Source of the DNA: Rhizodiscina lignyota
Lineage: Eukaryota
Direction: 5' to 3'
DNA: 64,000 nt
Assembly (NCBI GenBank): GCA_010015805.1
Contig: ML978129.1
Coordinates: 558,001 to 622,000, forward strand
The notes beneath the pieces were generated by a model. That model made no database searches. It had not been told where the DNA came from and saw only the letters and a program-made list of their open reading frames with translations. The position numbers and the translations under genes are program-made. Positions within the stretch are counted from its first letter, which is position 1; each line of letters starts with the position of its first letter. Shown here one piece after another: positions 1 to 14,105 of the stretch.

Positions 1-97
1 CAGTCTTCCTCCGCGTGCCCTCGACCACGCCCCGACCGCGTAGCTGCCCTCGGTCCTCGAGGCCCAAAAATGCCGACATCTGCGAATGAGAGTGCTC

Positions 98-104
98 TAT
101 ATAA
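98..104. promoter_or_regulatory. TATA-like element, possibly for a leftward gene outside the window
   Basis: CTATATAATAAT island in otherwise GC-rich sequence; no rightward gene follows it. Confidence 0.25.
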
Positions 105-2708
105 TAATTGCCTTCCCTCACGCCCTGGCTTGCTCAAGAATGGCCGCACTGCACGCAAAAACGGGCGACGACCACGCCGTCTCCACCCCGACTGATCGCC
201 GCGTCGACTGCGAGCCGACTCGTGTGTGCCCTTTATTAGACACGCCGCGCCGTACCTGACAGACGCTCCCTGGCCAGCCCTGGATAAACCTGGCCCGCTC
301 TCACCCACTTGCACGTGCTTCGCCGGACGGGATGACAACGCACCTTAAGTGCGCGGCGACAACATTCACTGGCTCCCACGACGTCACCGCGCCGCATCGA
401 GATCATTGCGATACATTGGTTACTATTCTTCCGCCGTCGCCCTGCGGGATATTCTGGCTGGTCAGCAGAGGACTCCTTAGACCTTAGGAATCGTTGGGCG
501 GGCAGGCTGGGTTGGAGGCGGAGGCGGAGCTGGGCGGGATTCAGGGAGGAGCGCTAAGGGCTTGGAGAAACACGCACCGCCTGCGTAGGGAAACAATGCG
601 CGCCCGCCGTGTGCTCCTGTCGAAGTGCCCTATCACCGCCGCCAGTAGTCGAGCACCGCCATTCCATTGTTGACGGATCGTTTCATCTCGTGCCCACGTG
701 GTTTGAAATCCGGATACTCGCTAGCACCGTTACCGTTGGGCCGGTCGTCTGTTCCTTATTTTGGGAGGTGATCTTGTGCCGTATTCCGCAATATCCTCAC
801 CACATTGCTGCCATCAGCTGCAGTCCCAAATGTGCAAGACACTGCACGCCTGATGCTGAAGCGTGCATATCTGCAGCAGGGCTTAATCTCGTGTTATTCG
901 CAATCTACACGTTGACGGGATTAGATCCTTTGCAGCTGCAATGTTTCCCTTCTATTTCGTGACACGAACTCGGCCCCCAACGACTGCTTCGCGTTCATTC
1001 CTACCTGCGTTCAATACACATCCAAGTCGATTGCTGTCTAATGTTTCTTTCTTGTCACAAATCTCGTAATTTCTCGCTGTGGCTGTCGTGACATTTCAGC
1101 CTCATCTACGTCAATGGTGAAGCCCCCAGCTATTGCGGTTTACTCGCCTATCGTCGAATTTCTATTTCCGGTTGTCGATTGCATTCACCATTGGTTGAAC
1201 TAAACACTAATCACAACTATGCAATGTACATACTGCGACCGTTCGCACACGAGATTATTATTCACTGATACTGGTGTTCAATTGACTTGCGCGGCCTGGT
1301 TAATGATCGGTGTTTCTTTGACCGACCGTCATCATTTCCTTAATTCTACAATTGCTGTCGCATTCTACGCGTTCAGACTTGGGGGTAGCTCCTATCGGTC
1401 GAAAGATAGACGAATATGACAGCTTTTGTGTTGTTCTACAATGCCAATCGGCGAGATGTGTGGAAATTTGTCAAAGCCCTGCATCCTTCGTCATCATGTC
1501 CACGTACGAGTCTGATAAGGCTCGTAAGCCAAGCAACGTCAACTTCTCCACACAACATGCAACACTAAATGGAATTTCTTAATTCCCCGTGGAGAGATTG
1601 TCAGGAGATCTCCACGAAGCTTGCGACCTCGCTCAAATTCCTCAAAATAGCTGCTCTTGCTCCATTGGCCGTCAAACGAGTACACTGGTTTCGAAATGTC
1701 CCATGAAATATTTCTGCCAAAATTCCGGATACCCGCCCGGTTATGCAGCCTCCCATCGCCAGCGAAGCTCTGCTCCGGGAAGAGGCGATTCTCCGCGACT
1801 CCCGCTGCAGGTCATAGTCAAAGTCCGCAAGTGAGACCAAAGTCCGTAGAACGGAGGAAACTTTAACCTCATGCCCTGCTCAGTAACCGCCATGGTATCC
1901 CCTCACCACTCGATCGTTCTATAGTTATCCAGAAGGCCTCTGCTCGTGTTTACAAGAACCAGGAATGCGCATGCATGCGTGAAGCTCAAGACCATGTACC
2001 TGGGTACATGCAGCATCGCATTTCTCGCCTTGGCGGGGACCATGTACATACAGTACCATGGCGCGATGCTGCGTTGCGCAATGGGCCCAGCAGGCAGCTT
2101 GCATCGATCTTGTCCTCCTCTTCACGTTGTCGATCTCGCGCAGGGAGCCGTAGGGCTGGTTGACGGACCCTTCGCTCTGAGACATGTATAGCAGCCGCCT
2201 CCTACTGATTTGAAGGCTCACGTCCACGAGCAGTAGCTTGTTCGGTACGTCTTCTACAAACTCGCGTTATCTCTTGGGTCTCTTTACGATGATGGGGAAT
2301 CAATACGCTTCACGACTCAACGCCTAACTGGTTCTGATTGACTGCACCGATTGTTCAAATCATCTGCAGTCGTCCAGGATCGTCCCGCAATGCGACATCG
2401 CAGTTGTTCGTGCCTTCTGGAGCTTCTTGTGCGCCATCCATAGAGGTTAGCTGGGGCGATTAGTCCCGGCCGCCTCCCTCTGCCATCTCCCCTGCCGCAT
2501 CGCCGCTGAACACTGTCCCGTGTTTCTGGGCTGGTAATGGAACCACGTGCAAAGGCCTTGCCAATTATCGTATCGAGCAGCAGTGGGGACAAAAACACGC
2601 CGAAGATGCAAAAGGTGTGGTCCAGAACCTTCCTTCGTGATCGTCATCGGTGAAAACGAAGCCCCGAAACTCAAATCCGGAGAATATCGAGCCGCTAAGG
2701 AAACGTGA

Positions 2709-2724
2709 TTTTTCACGTGAAAAA
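2709..2724. promoter_or_regulatory. Perfect 16-bp palindrome centred on an E-box (CACGTG)
   Basis: TTTTTCACGTGAAAAA read directly; function inferred. Confidence 0.3.
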
Positions 2725-5700
2725 AAAAGGCGTGACGGAACAAACGAAGCGATAGGGCGGGCGAGGGAGAATAATGGAGCGCATTATTGAACGGACAAAG
2801 TTCGCTTTAGGACACTCTATCAGATCTTGGCGCATATGAGATACAGATCAGGCTTGACTAAGCGAATGTACGGGCGCATGTACCTTCAAGTGGCGCCGCC
2901 ACTGCATTTATTGACGCGATTCTTCTGTATCGTGATTCTTGCCCCTGGTGCAAACCCGTGCCAGACCAGACTGCAACGTCTATAGCGCTCTCTCTCCTTT
3001 CGAGCGTGACTAGCCGCTCCGGCTTGGCTTGCATTAGAGCCATCTCAGTGCACACTTCTCAGCCCAGCTGCCCCGCCAAGTACAAGCGAAATTGTGCAGA
3101 AGATAGCGCGTGCTCGAGAAGAGAGTCGGAGATGATAATCGTCAGCAAAAGGTGGCGATGCCTATCGCGGCGTTGAACAGATTGTCAGAGTCTAGAGGGG
3201 GAAAGGGGGCGGACAGCGATATGCACCGTGTCCGCGTTTTTCTGACTCTGTGGGATAGGGGGGCGTCTCGAGTGAGTGCCTATCAAACAACGAGATGTTT
3301 TCGATTCTGCGGGTTTGAAGGAGAGTTCCTGCAGCAAGCGTTCTCCGTTCCCGCAGATGATCGACGGCGGCTGGTCGAGACGAACGGAACTACGAGCGCA
3401 ACGCCGTCAATCTCCCGCCGCCAGCCTACCTACTTTGGGTTTCGTAGTTGTGTAGCGAACAGCAGCGATTCGTTCCAATTGCTCCGGAGGGGCTCTCTCA
3501 GAGGGACCTAGCAAAACGTTCCGTCTCCAAACGGGGAGTTATTAAGCTGAATGCACTGTTCCTTTGGCTGCGGCGTGGCTGCATGTCGACATACCGGCTG
3601 CCTCTTTCGTCTTCACGTGTACGCATGAGGCAAGTCGCGAGGGTGGAGGTGACCATTCAGGAGAGCTGCGAGAGGGAAAAGGAGATGTGGGTATCGTATC
3701 AGCTCAGCTTCTCGCCATACCGCCACTACGCTTCTCGACAGTCTGGACGAATTTAGACTTGAACATCGCGGAGAACTGCACTCAATTTTGCCCAGTGAGA
3801 AGCCCTTGTCCCATCACGATGTCGTTGCGGCGTCTGCCCAAGATGGATGGCGTCCCAAGCAACGTGAGAATTTGAACGGTTCCAAAGCGTAGTAGTGGGT
3901 AGAGGTATTCGGCCTAGTACGGCACGTTGCTGCCGTTCCAGCGGTGCGATGGTCGCCATATACGGTTGGGGGGATGGGGGCATCACGGCCAGTATTGGAA
4001 GACTTCTGGGCTGGCTGGACGTCAACACGACCCTCCGGTGAATTCGAATGTGCGTGCGGTGTTTCAGCGTCGTGGGAAATATGGCGTGTTCTTCTTAAGT
4101 TACTATCGAATTCGCCTATATCTCGTTCCACCGGCGATTTTGCCTAGAACGCCATCTGCAGGTAAAATATTCTAGATGTAGACTGTAACAAATGAGTCGA
4201 GTGATTTCAAAACAAACAGAAAAGCTCATCTGTAACGGTACCGTGACTAAGTATATCGTAGAGCTGCTGTGAACTGGTCTGTACGCGTCGTTAGATCGGT
4301 AAGAAGGATATCGAGATGGCTTTGTGAGACCATGGAGTCTTCCGTGCCATTATGCCGGTTATTGAAAGTACCACAGGTTCCACACGCAGAAATGGACGAG
4401 AAACGGATGTTGAGTGATGTTGTCATTACTTCCGGCAAGACAAGTGCTCGACAATTGGCAAGCAAGTCTCGAAAATGGTGGGCACGAATGTACATGTATA
4501 CACCTGTAGTACCAATAAGATGCGGTGTCCGCGAAAATGAGCAGTTAAGATGGCAATTGAGTCACTTGACAGCTTATCGTTTGCAAGAACCCGCAATTAT
4601 CTCTCCGCATTCCCTGGCCACGGATCTGGGACGGGTGACAATGTGAACACGTTGGCTGTCCGCCTCGTCGCACAACACCAGTCCCCAAGATCTCGTCCTG
4701 CAGCATCTCGTCCACATTCATCGGGAGCGCACATCGACATGTCGCACAAGGCCGGAACGATCGTAAGCCGCGGCTAATCATTTCCCACGAATAGGAGTGT
4801 CGTTGACGCCGTTGACGACATGCAATTCCCAATCAGAAACGAAGATGCACAATCCTTACTGAAGGACGAAAGGAGAAAGAGACATGTTAACGTCATGAAA
4901 GTCCCTTTACGCTACGTTGCGCAACAATAATGCGACAAACAACTTACATGAGTCTATAACCAATATGCCTGATTGCCTGCAATGTGTCTCATCTAGTGAA
5001 TAAACATTGGAGCCGCAGCATCTGTACCGGCGGAAGAAAAATCTGTCGGATTCCTCGTGTTGCAAGCGAGTGCTGGTAGCTCTGTACCACAGCATTATTC
5101 TGAATTTTGAGAAGGGATGCGATCATCGCAGCCCCGACATAAGGATGGAAAACCTTGACAGAGCTGAACAGGTATGAAATAGACGAGCGTGCAAATAGTC
5201 AAAACGGCTATTTTCAGGACCTCTACTTGCCTATCATTTGAAAGGGAATGCCTACATTTGAAGAAAGTGTGGCGATGCTACATGCATTAATACGGCACAC
5301 AGCATCTATGATAGCCCGCAGTCATCAACGACATGATGCATCTGCAGCGTCTGAGGTCTTCGGGGCAGAATAATAATCATAGATATCAGACCCATCACGC
5401 TGACGATGTAAACATGCTTAAGATGATAGTGTGACTGGATACCGTATGCGGACTATTGCGGAAAGTACGGAGCATGCGGCCAGTGCTAGATCAAAGTACA
5501 ACTTAATCAGGGGCACTATGATTTGAAGTAAGAAATACGGAGAGGGCGAAGATCTTTGTGATGGGAAGGAGTATGACGACTCCGGGGGCCATAGTGAGAT
5601 CATAAGCCAACCCAGGAAATTTCAAGGGTAGACACATACAGAGCAAGTGATCGCTTGTTATCAGTGAGTGGGGGCGTGAAGCAGGATAGGAGTTCGCGAG

Positions 5701-8700
5701 ATCAGAAACGTTCGACGTTAGGATACGTAAGAATACTACTGCGCACGGAATAGCAAGGACCAGATGGAGATACATGAAGTCTGACTTGAAAAGGGGGTGA
5801 CGCGCACCCATGGTTGAGAATATTTTCATTAAGTGAAAGAAGTAAGGCGTTAGGGACATAATGTGACATTATAGAAATAGATTAGCAAATAGAGGAATAG
5901 CCTAAACCGTTATCATTGTAAATGCCACACAGACCTCTGACATGTAAGGCAGGTACAGACGTACGTACAGTTGGGTTGCAGTCACTGTGTCACGAGAGCG
6001 CCACGTGCAATTAAAGTGCCGTCTGATATCAGCAGCCCTCAGAACTCTGTTTAGAGGGTCGCCAGCAAGGTTTGCACAGCTGCCCATCTCAAACAAGCTT
6101 AAAAGCGATCGGAATCCAATTGGGGAAATGGTAGTGTTCGCGCGACATGTTGACGTAGGCAGTGACAGATACTTCTCGGAAAAGCTTGAGTGATATTGGA
6201 GGACGTATCGGAAAGGCCGGAGTGAGAATATGATGGGACGATCCGGGCCGGTGCAAACGCTCCCGAGCAGTCATTATCTGACAAAGCGGCGAGTGCATTG
6301 CTCGCCGAGGTGCCACTCTCGGATGGGGTAACTCGGTGAGGAATCGGTTAACACTTTGAGCAGAAATCGCATACGAGCAGGACGAAAGGGATCAGGCAAT
6401 CTGCAGCCTTAGAAAAGGGGTCTCTCTCGCTTGCGGACAGTGTCTGGATTTGGTTGTGATTCTCTCCTTCCAAGGGCACCCAACGGCGCTACGATTGAAT
6501 TTGTCTCGGGGCATTGGCCACGTCAGGCCGCACCCCAGCTAGCACCTATGAAAAGGGCATGGAGCGCGCCGAATTGGGTCGTGCTCCGGACTCGATACCC
6601 ACAAGTCGCAATTTGAAAATGATGCGATCTGCAGGAAGGTGATTAAGCATAATGGTGTGCGCTGCGCTTTGCGGTTATGCTAGCGAGCCATCGACGTGGG
6701 GAAGCAAGTCGCGAGTATTACCGCTCATAGGGCAGTGAATATGCGACCTCGTCTGTTAGATAATGGCGAGGCAGCGATCTTGACATCATCAAAATGAGGA
6801 ATTGACCCTCGAAAAGAGTCTCTCCTGCGGGCAACGGCGGCCGCTAGCAAGTAAGCATCTGGGGGAGAACTGTGTCGGAATCGAGCCGTGAGCCGCAGCA
6901 TCCTATTTGTTGCATGTCAGCCCTACCGCCAAAAGAGTTTGAGATGGAAGTCGGCGTTGAGAGAAGATTCTCGCCGACCTGTGCATGTGCAGATCACTCA
7001 GAACCTTCCATATCCCGGCTACTTCTCCCGCCAATGCTCCCCGCCATGGCTAAGCCTATCAATGCATGCGCAGCAGCGTAAGGCCGCAGGTAAGCCGTAA
7101 ACATCCAATTGCTGCAGGGACATCTTATCGCCATCCTCGAGGGTCTGAAGCAGCAAGAGGAGCAGTAGCGGCGGAGAGTGATGTACATACCTACGTGAGT
7201 CGTGTGGGAAGGGTGGAAGCGACGTTGATTTACAACTCGACGTCGCGATTCTCCGCCGTGAAGAACGTGGCTGCCGTTGAGAATGCGGAGACCCGAGCAA
7301 GCCAACCGGCTCGAAGCCTCAAAAGTTGGATAGGGCGCGCTCGCTCCGCTGCAGCGCCGGAGATTGGCTGTGGAAGACAAAGTACTTAGAGCAGAGAGCC
7401 CTCAGCATGTCTGCGTTGTCAAGAATTCGCCAATCACTCCCACCGCCCGCCCAAGGAAATGTACAAGGAACAATCGATATTCCCACCGGCAGCTGGAAGG
7501 CATGCATAATCGTGGAAGGGTGCTTCCACATCCGGGATTTGCTCCACGTACACCCAACGATCGTTGACGAGACAAGAATGCGAACCTCGTCTTATCTGCT
7601 TACCATTGTAACCCGGAACGGAGGCTGAACCCATGGAAATGTCAGTGTCATTGATGTTGCTTCGGCGCATCACCTTCCTTGATGCTTCCTCGCGGGAACG
7701 GGTCAGTGTGAGCAGGTCAGCACTTAAAATATTCTTCCGCTTTCGCATTTCGCAGAGCCTCAACTGTCGCGATGCGAGTCCCACAGTCCCCGGCTATTTC
7801 GAGTTGAGTGTTGAAGGGCTAGCGAAACTCAAGGGGCTAGATCGACACTGAGGCTGGCCAATTCCAACACTCGACCCTTGCCGACAGCAAATACGATCCG
7901 TCCGCTGCGGCTAGGAGCCGCGGGAGGCTTCTGTAGCGATGGACTTTTCAGTTGAACGTTCGACCGGCGTTCACCGACAATGGCATGCAGGACACCCATG
8001 GCTGGCGCGACTGTTTTCAGCACGTTTCGCTCCAGCATCAAATCGGCACCATGTCTGGCCCGGCTGCCTCCACGATTCAGGAGGAGATTGAGAACTACTT
8101 CAGGCCTGAAGCGAGATTGAGCGTTGGAGATCACGGATTCGAGGTGCGCGCTAACTACACGAGCAGCCCATTGCACGATTGTTTTAGCAACTGGCACCCA
8201 CGCAACGGCTTGCATGTAGGTTCGCGCGCGGCAACCAATCCGGTGACATTGCGAGCCGAGAAATTGATATGATGTGAATTTCAATTTTTGAGTTGCTAGG
8301 GCGAGGTTTCACGCCATCGAGAGTGGAAAGATGGACGTCAGACGGAGAAGTGTGGGGACAAGACGGAAGGGAGTGGATCGAAGACGGAATTACATGCGAA
8401 GTTGTATGATTGTGATTATGATTTTCCGCACCGCGTCGAGCTCGTGTTGTGAAGACAAAGCTTGTGCGCGCCAAGCGCCAAGCGTGGTGATGTGTGGCTC
8501 ACTTGGGCCGCCCCGCGCAGGCCCCTTTTGCTGTGGCTTGTGCCCAGAGGCGAGCAGGCCGCGCTACCGTGATCCGCGCCGGGTTGTTGCCGTTTTCGTG
8601 CTCAGCGCTGCCGTTCGGGCGTAGCGCGGTGGATCTGGCAGGCGAGCGTTGGCCTGCCATTGTCCCATTTGCAATTTTCACCAGGCGTGCTGTGCGGAGC

Positions 8701-10974
8701 GCAGACGATCGTCGGAGCCGGTGTGCTTCTCAAATCGCAACGCACCTCGCTGCCCACTTCGTGCGGGCACTTCAGCTGCGACGAGTGTCGCCAGCTGTCT
8801 TAGTCCTCATGTCGCATCCATTGCGATGTGCAGAGCGGATTACCGGCGGCAAGCAAGTGCAACGGGCGTCGTTCCCGGGCGCGATATTAAGCCATGCAAG
8901 AATTGGTAATGGCTGCAAGCGCACCACGAGCCTGAATCCTGGAGGAAGAGCGCGAGGAAGATTTGAGGCGATGTGGAGAGGCCACACTCGATCGTCGAAA
9001 CGTGCAGCCACACCGTATTACCGCCGCGCGGTGTAATGAAAGATACAATACGCTTTCAAAACATGCGCCGCACGCGTGGCGGTAACGAACGACGAGTCGG
9101 GGAATTTCAGAGGCTCGCGTCTGCCCTGCCCGCTTCGAACGGGAACTTTAGGCAAAGTGATACAAAAATAGGGGCATGGCTTGTTCAACCGCATGCGCCG
9201 CGAAGGAAGCCTTCCCGCTTGCGGCGTAGTTTACGATGCTCCTCCAGACTTGGCTTCTGGCTATCGAGCCCACTACGCCAGTGTGCCTTGCCCGGTGCTG
9301 AATCGTCTCCCTGATTCATCTGCCCGTCTGCTGAAGCGAGATCGCGAATGCCATGCCTTCTCGTCCCAATGCCATGTTTCACGTCCGACTGAAATATAAG
9401 TCGACACACCTCTCCAAGTGTATTTTCAGCGTGCGGAATCTGGCTGCATTTGGAGCATCCTCTGTTCCCTGCGCTGCCGTGGCTTTCCAGATTCCTCAGG
9501 GCAGCGGCCAGGACGAACCCTGGAGGAATAAGGATATTGTGGGCCCTGATCGGAGCAAGATCTCGTCTTGCTCCAGAAGCTTTTGATGCTTGCTTCCGCG
9601 CCGTCGAGCTCCCAGCGTGCGCGTACGCGCAGCGATGCCTTCGAGGCGTAACAATAATCGCACTTCAGTGAGCTGGCCGTAGCTGCCGTGAATCATGACG
9701 ATCCGTATCATCGACATCAGCGTCCGGCTGGGGGCCATGCGGTCCACGCTCCGAGTAGTCGCGGATGTGCGAGTGTAGTGTGCATTCAACGCGGCTATCA
9801 GGCGAGACGGCAGACGTCTACGGCCACAATCCGTCAAGCGTGGATCTTCGTGCTTTCCAAGTGCTGGCCTGGCGCAGCCCTGACGAGCTGTCGTCAAGAA
9901 TTCCAGCAAGCCGCAGCGCTTTAGCTGGGCGGCGCCGCTGAGAGTCAAGGCGTTGATAGGTGCCCGGCACGCTGGAATTCTCGCATCGAGCCCTGTCGAA
10001 AATGGACAAACCCTGATCGCTGCCGCTCTTCCAAATTAAGGTGGTACGGCCAGCACCCCTCCTGCTCCTGATGCTTCCCTTGATGGGCAGTGGCAGGCTT
10101 TGCGCTGGCACAGGCATGGCATAGTCCGAGCCTTCGACTCAAATGGCTCTCGCACAACAAGCTCGATTGGATTGCGCTGCCCATTGTGCCGATTCCCTTC
10201 CTGCCCCTCCATGCAGCTTGTCGCTGGCGGCTTGATCTTGCTTCCGCCGGCCGAGTTGGGCGTGAGGCGCGAGTAAGGAGAGCACTGAGAGGCGGCCGTG
10301 TGGCTAGCGGGTGGTGGATCCATATGGAGCGTTGATTACCGCCAGTAAACTAAATTGTCTTGTGCACGGCTGCCGAATACGTTATCGTCGAGCTTGACCG
10401 CAAATGTACGGGGCCGGCGCCCATCACAAGCCAGAGTTTTGTACACAGACCTCTCCCCCATTATGATGCCTGCCTCTCCCTGGCGAGGGCGACCCGGCAA
10501 GCAAGCGGCAGACTTGCATAATCAACAGTCGTCAAAGACGTGACATGCATCCTTGGGGGCTCGTCTTTGTTACATGTGCAAAAGGAGTCTAAGGAGTACA
10601 TGTCTAGTAAGTTAAAACAAGCACCTCCACCTCCTTCGAGCACACGCCCGCAGCTGAGCCTGAATCCAAAACCAAGCCTCAGCCTGTGTCCTGTTTTTTC
10701 TCTCACGCACCAGAATAATAATACTCCTATCGTCTCTGGCACCTTCTCGCGTGGGGAAAAAATAGCTTCCTGCTAACTCTAATACCTTGTCTGTCGTTGA
10801 CCTGTACCAAACCCCATATATCGGACATACCCCAACGCTCGCTGGATCGCTACTACCTACCTTGTCGCCTGTTCATACACAAAGCTGCCCGGTCCACTTG
10901 TTCACACTGCTCTGGGACCATCCTTCATTGAAACGGTCTTTTCCTTCTTACCTTTCAGCTAATATTCCGCGACC

Positions 10975-13900
10975 ATGGTGTTCTGCACCTACTGTGGCCA
11001 GTCCTTCACCAGGGACGAGCACCTGGAGAGACACATCCTTACTCGTAAGTCTTCTCTACCTCTGTCAACAGAGTCTGTTTTCCAATTCAGCCCTACGAGT
11101 GATCGGTGGTAAGGCCAAAACGGCTTTTGCAGCTGATCAATCGTCCCCCTCGGATTCGGCAGTCAATCATGTAGCGTAACGTTCGCTAACGCATCCGGTC
11201 CCAGACACCAATGTGAAGCCGTTCAAATGCTTCACCTGCCACATGTCATTCGCTCGACGGTAAGCAACCTGCTCAAGTCGTTCCTGCTGTATGACATTGA
11301 GACTGATGACTCAATTAGCGACTTGCTGCAGCGACATTACACAGTCCACGGTCGAGATAGCAACAATCAGGAGGGGCTGCCACCAAACAATGGCATGATC
11401 CCGAAGTCTGCCGGTCGAACCCCAATTGCATGCAGCAATTGTGCGAAGACGAAGACCAAGTGTGACAAGAAGTTTCCTTGCAGCCGCTGTGCCGGCCGAA
11501 ATCTGCGCTGCACCCTTCGACCGACGCGACGACAATCAAAGCAGCAAAATCGCGCGCCAGTAAACGGAGAGGGCAACGGTACAAGCTCTTCCGACCACAC
11601 CGCAAATCCATCTCCCAATGGCTCAAATGGGAATTCTCCACAACCACAGCCTCAGCCTGCACCCGAATACCAGGCAGCGAATCGACCAAGCCCCGATGCG
11701 AAGCCCCTCGTGGATGGCCCGTTCTTCGATCAAAGTCCTCCCATGCCAACAGCTCCAATAGTTCCAACCATTCTCTCACCGCTTCAGACCCCTAATGGAT
11801 TCGTGAATCAGACACCGCTATCGGGATACGACGACTTTATGCGCACAACAAGGGACGAGGAGGCGAGCCCGAGGTTCATGATGGAATGGACACAAATGCA
11901 GATGCCACATCAGTTCGATCCCATGGCCGGCAGACCAGATCTCATGATGGCTCCGCCGATGAGCATGGACGGCGGTGCCATGGATGGGATGTTGCCCATC
12001 ATTTCGGAAATGCCAGTCAGCATGCCTCCCGTACACACCCCCATTGCCACTCCAAGATTGGAAGGAAGCCTTTCCGACCTCGAAATTGGAAGCTCCGCGG
12101 CCATGTTCTACCCTCCCACGCGCCACACCTCCGTTAGCGAATCATCCTCATCTGATCTTGCTGCTGTCGTCGCCGCACAGGATGGGTGGAATTGCTTCCG
12201 CTGCACTCCTTCGATACCATCTAGCTCTTGCCCGAAGACGGCCAAATTAAACCTCGAAAAGCTCGAGCAGACTCTGCGTAACCACGAAGCGTGGAGCAAG
12301 TGGCGGCCATCATGGGACGAGGCAGATTTCGCTGTTGGCGAACATCTTGCTGTCATGTCCCTCCAGGAGAGCACCCGTGACAAACTCCTCGCCATCACAC
12401 AGTCCTTCCTTCACAAGGCGCTCGACATCCACAGAGAAGGCAGCTACTCTCCCCGTGGCGAATCTCCATGCTCTATAACCTCATCCAACTTTATCCTTCT
12501 GCCGCCTACAAGGGTTTTGGAAGCCTTCTTGACATCGTATGCGAACAGCTTTGAACGCTACTTTCCCATGACCGCCAGGGGAGTCGTTGATGCCAATGAG
12601 CTGATGATGCACTCCTACAACGACAAGGCTGCCAGTCTACTTGTCCTGATGATGATCGCTCAGGGCGCTATGGTGCTTCCTTCGGTTGAGGCGCGTTGGT
12701 TGACTGGTGGGTTGACCGAGGCTTGCCGTATCTCCCTTTTCGACCTGATCGAGAAGAACATCATCATGGCTGGCGATTTGACCGTTCTCCACTCTGCCCT
12801 ACTCTTCACTGTCCAAGCGGCATGGAGTGGCGATAAGTGGCAGATGGATATCGCCATGGGTCAGCGTGGCATGTACATTGCCATGCTACGACACCACGGC
12901 ATGCTCGAGCCTCGCCATGCGCTCACACCGCCTACTCATCAACACGGTACGCCAGATGGCTTGTGGAGTGACTGGATTCAGCAAGAAGCGAAGTCGAGGT
13001 AAGAGAAAAAGAAAATGCCGACCCCACTCACGTGATATGCTAATTTAGCCCTTACAGGCTAATCTACTCCTGGGCAATGGTGGATCAGGACATGGCCATG
13101 TTCCATGATGCTACACCTCTCTTTTCAGTCACTGAATTTGGTGCGCCTATGCCAGATGCCGATAGGCTCTGGAACGCGAAGAGTGCGGCCGAGTGGTCGG
13201 CAGTCTTCAACGAAGTGCACCAGTTCTCCGGCGGCTACAACTCTGTCGGCTCTGGAGCTCGTCCGCTCTCTCTGCGTGACTTGTTCCGTCATTTCTTGGC
13301 CGATGAGGTTCTGTCACAGGGTATCGAATTGACACCGATGCATTTGAGGTTGCTCCTGCACCCTCTGCAATCGATGGTCAACCAGTACTGCCAGCTTCTC
13401 AGCTGTTTCCCTCCTGAACATGCGGGTTCTCCAACCCGGCCCAAGACAGTCACTGCTGCATCTACGCGTGTACGACTCGAAGAAGTCCAGTCGCTGTTGC
13501 AGCGCTGGTACGACCTTGCAGACCGTTACATGAAAGTGCAGCCAATGTGCGCAATGATGCAAGCCAACCTGGTCATGTTTCATCTCATCTCTCTCAATGC
13601 CGTCACCAACTTCCCAGAGATTGAGAAGCTGGCGCGCAGAGAGAATTTCGATGGCACATATCATCAAATGATCTGGATTCACAAGCGCTGCATCTCGGAC
13701 GTAGAGGAAGCCATCTTCCACTGCGGCCAAGTGCTTCGCTTGATTCGCTCCATGCCGAGGGGCATTCGTCCGCCTTGGTGGGCAGGCGCCATCTATCGTG
13801 CGTCCCTGATCCTCTGGACGGACAGCCTCACACACAACGAATCCATCACTCCTTCATCTGGCCTCTTCCCCGTCGCCGGTCCTACTTTTGCAGTGGATGC

Positions 13901-14105
13901 TCTGCCTGCCGAGCATCCACTCGTCGTTCGCTACCTCACGAAGCGTGAAGGTGTACCAACCTTGACCAAACGGGACGGCTCCCAGATTCCGCTGGACCAC
14001 GCGTTCACGGTGTTGTCGCACTGCATCGACGTCATAGACGAAGGTGTGTCGACTCGTTTCTCCGATGGCATCAGGTCTAAACTCCAGAGACTGGCCAGAG
14101 GGTGA
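10975..14105 (+). CDS. CMR1: Cmr1/Pig1/Amr1-type melanin transcription factor (two C2H2 fingers + Zn2Cys6 + fungal TF domain); exons 10975-11044, 11205-11259, 11319-12998, 13058-14105
   Basis: Spliced N-terminus MVFCTYCGQSFTRDEHLERHILTHTNVKPFKCFTCHMSFARRDLLQRHYTVH; ACSNCAKTKTKCDKKFPCSRCAGRNLRC binuclear cluster; three GT..AG introns join the frames; adjacent to THN reductase. Confidence 0.95.

Noticed and set aside
5100..5950. More AT-rich patch as a possible RIP-mutated transposon relic
   Set aside because: CpA/TpG dinucleotides remain common and no terminal repeats or transposase/RT remnants were seen.
609..10776. Many 60-180 aa ORFs in the upstream region (e.g. 7829-8284, 7952-8272, 8494-9036)
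   Set aside because: Mostly Arg/Ser/Cys-rich, random-like translations with no recognisable domain or consistent splice model; a divergent small gene cannot be fully excluded.
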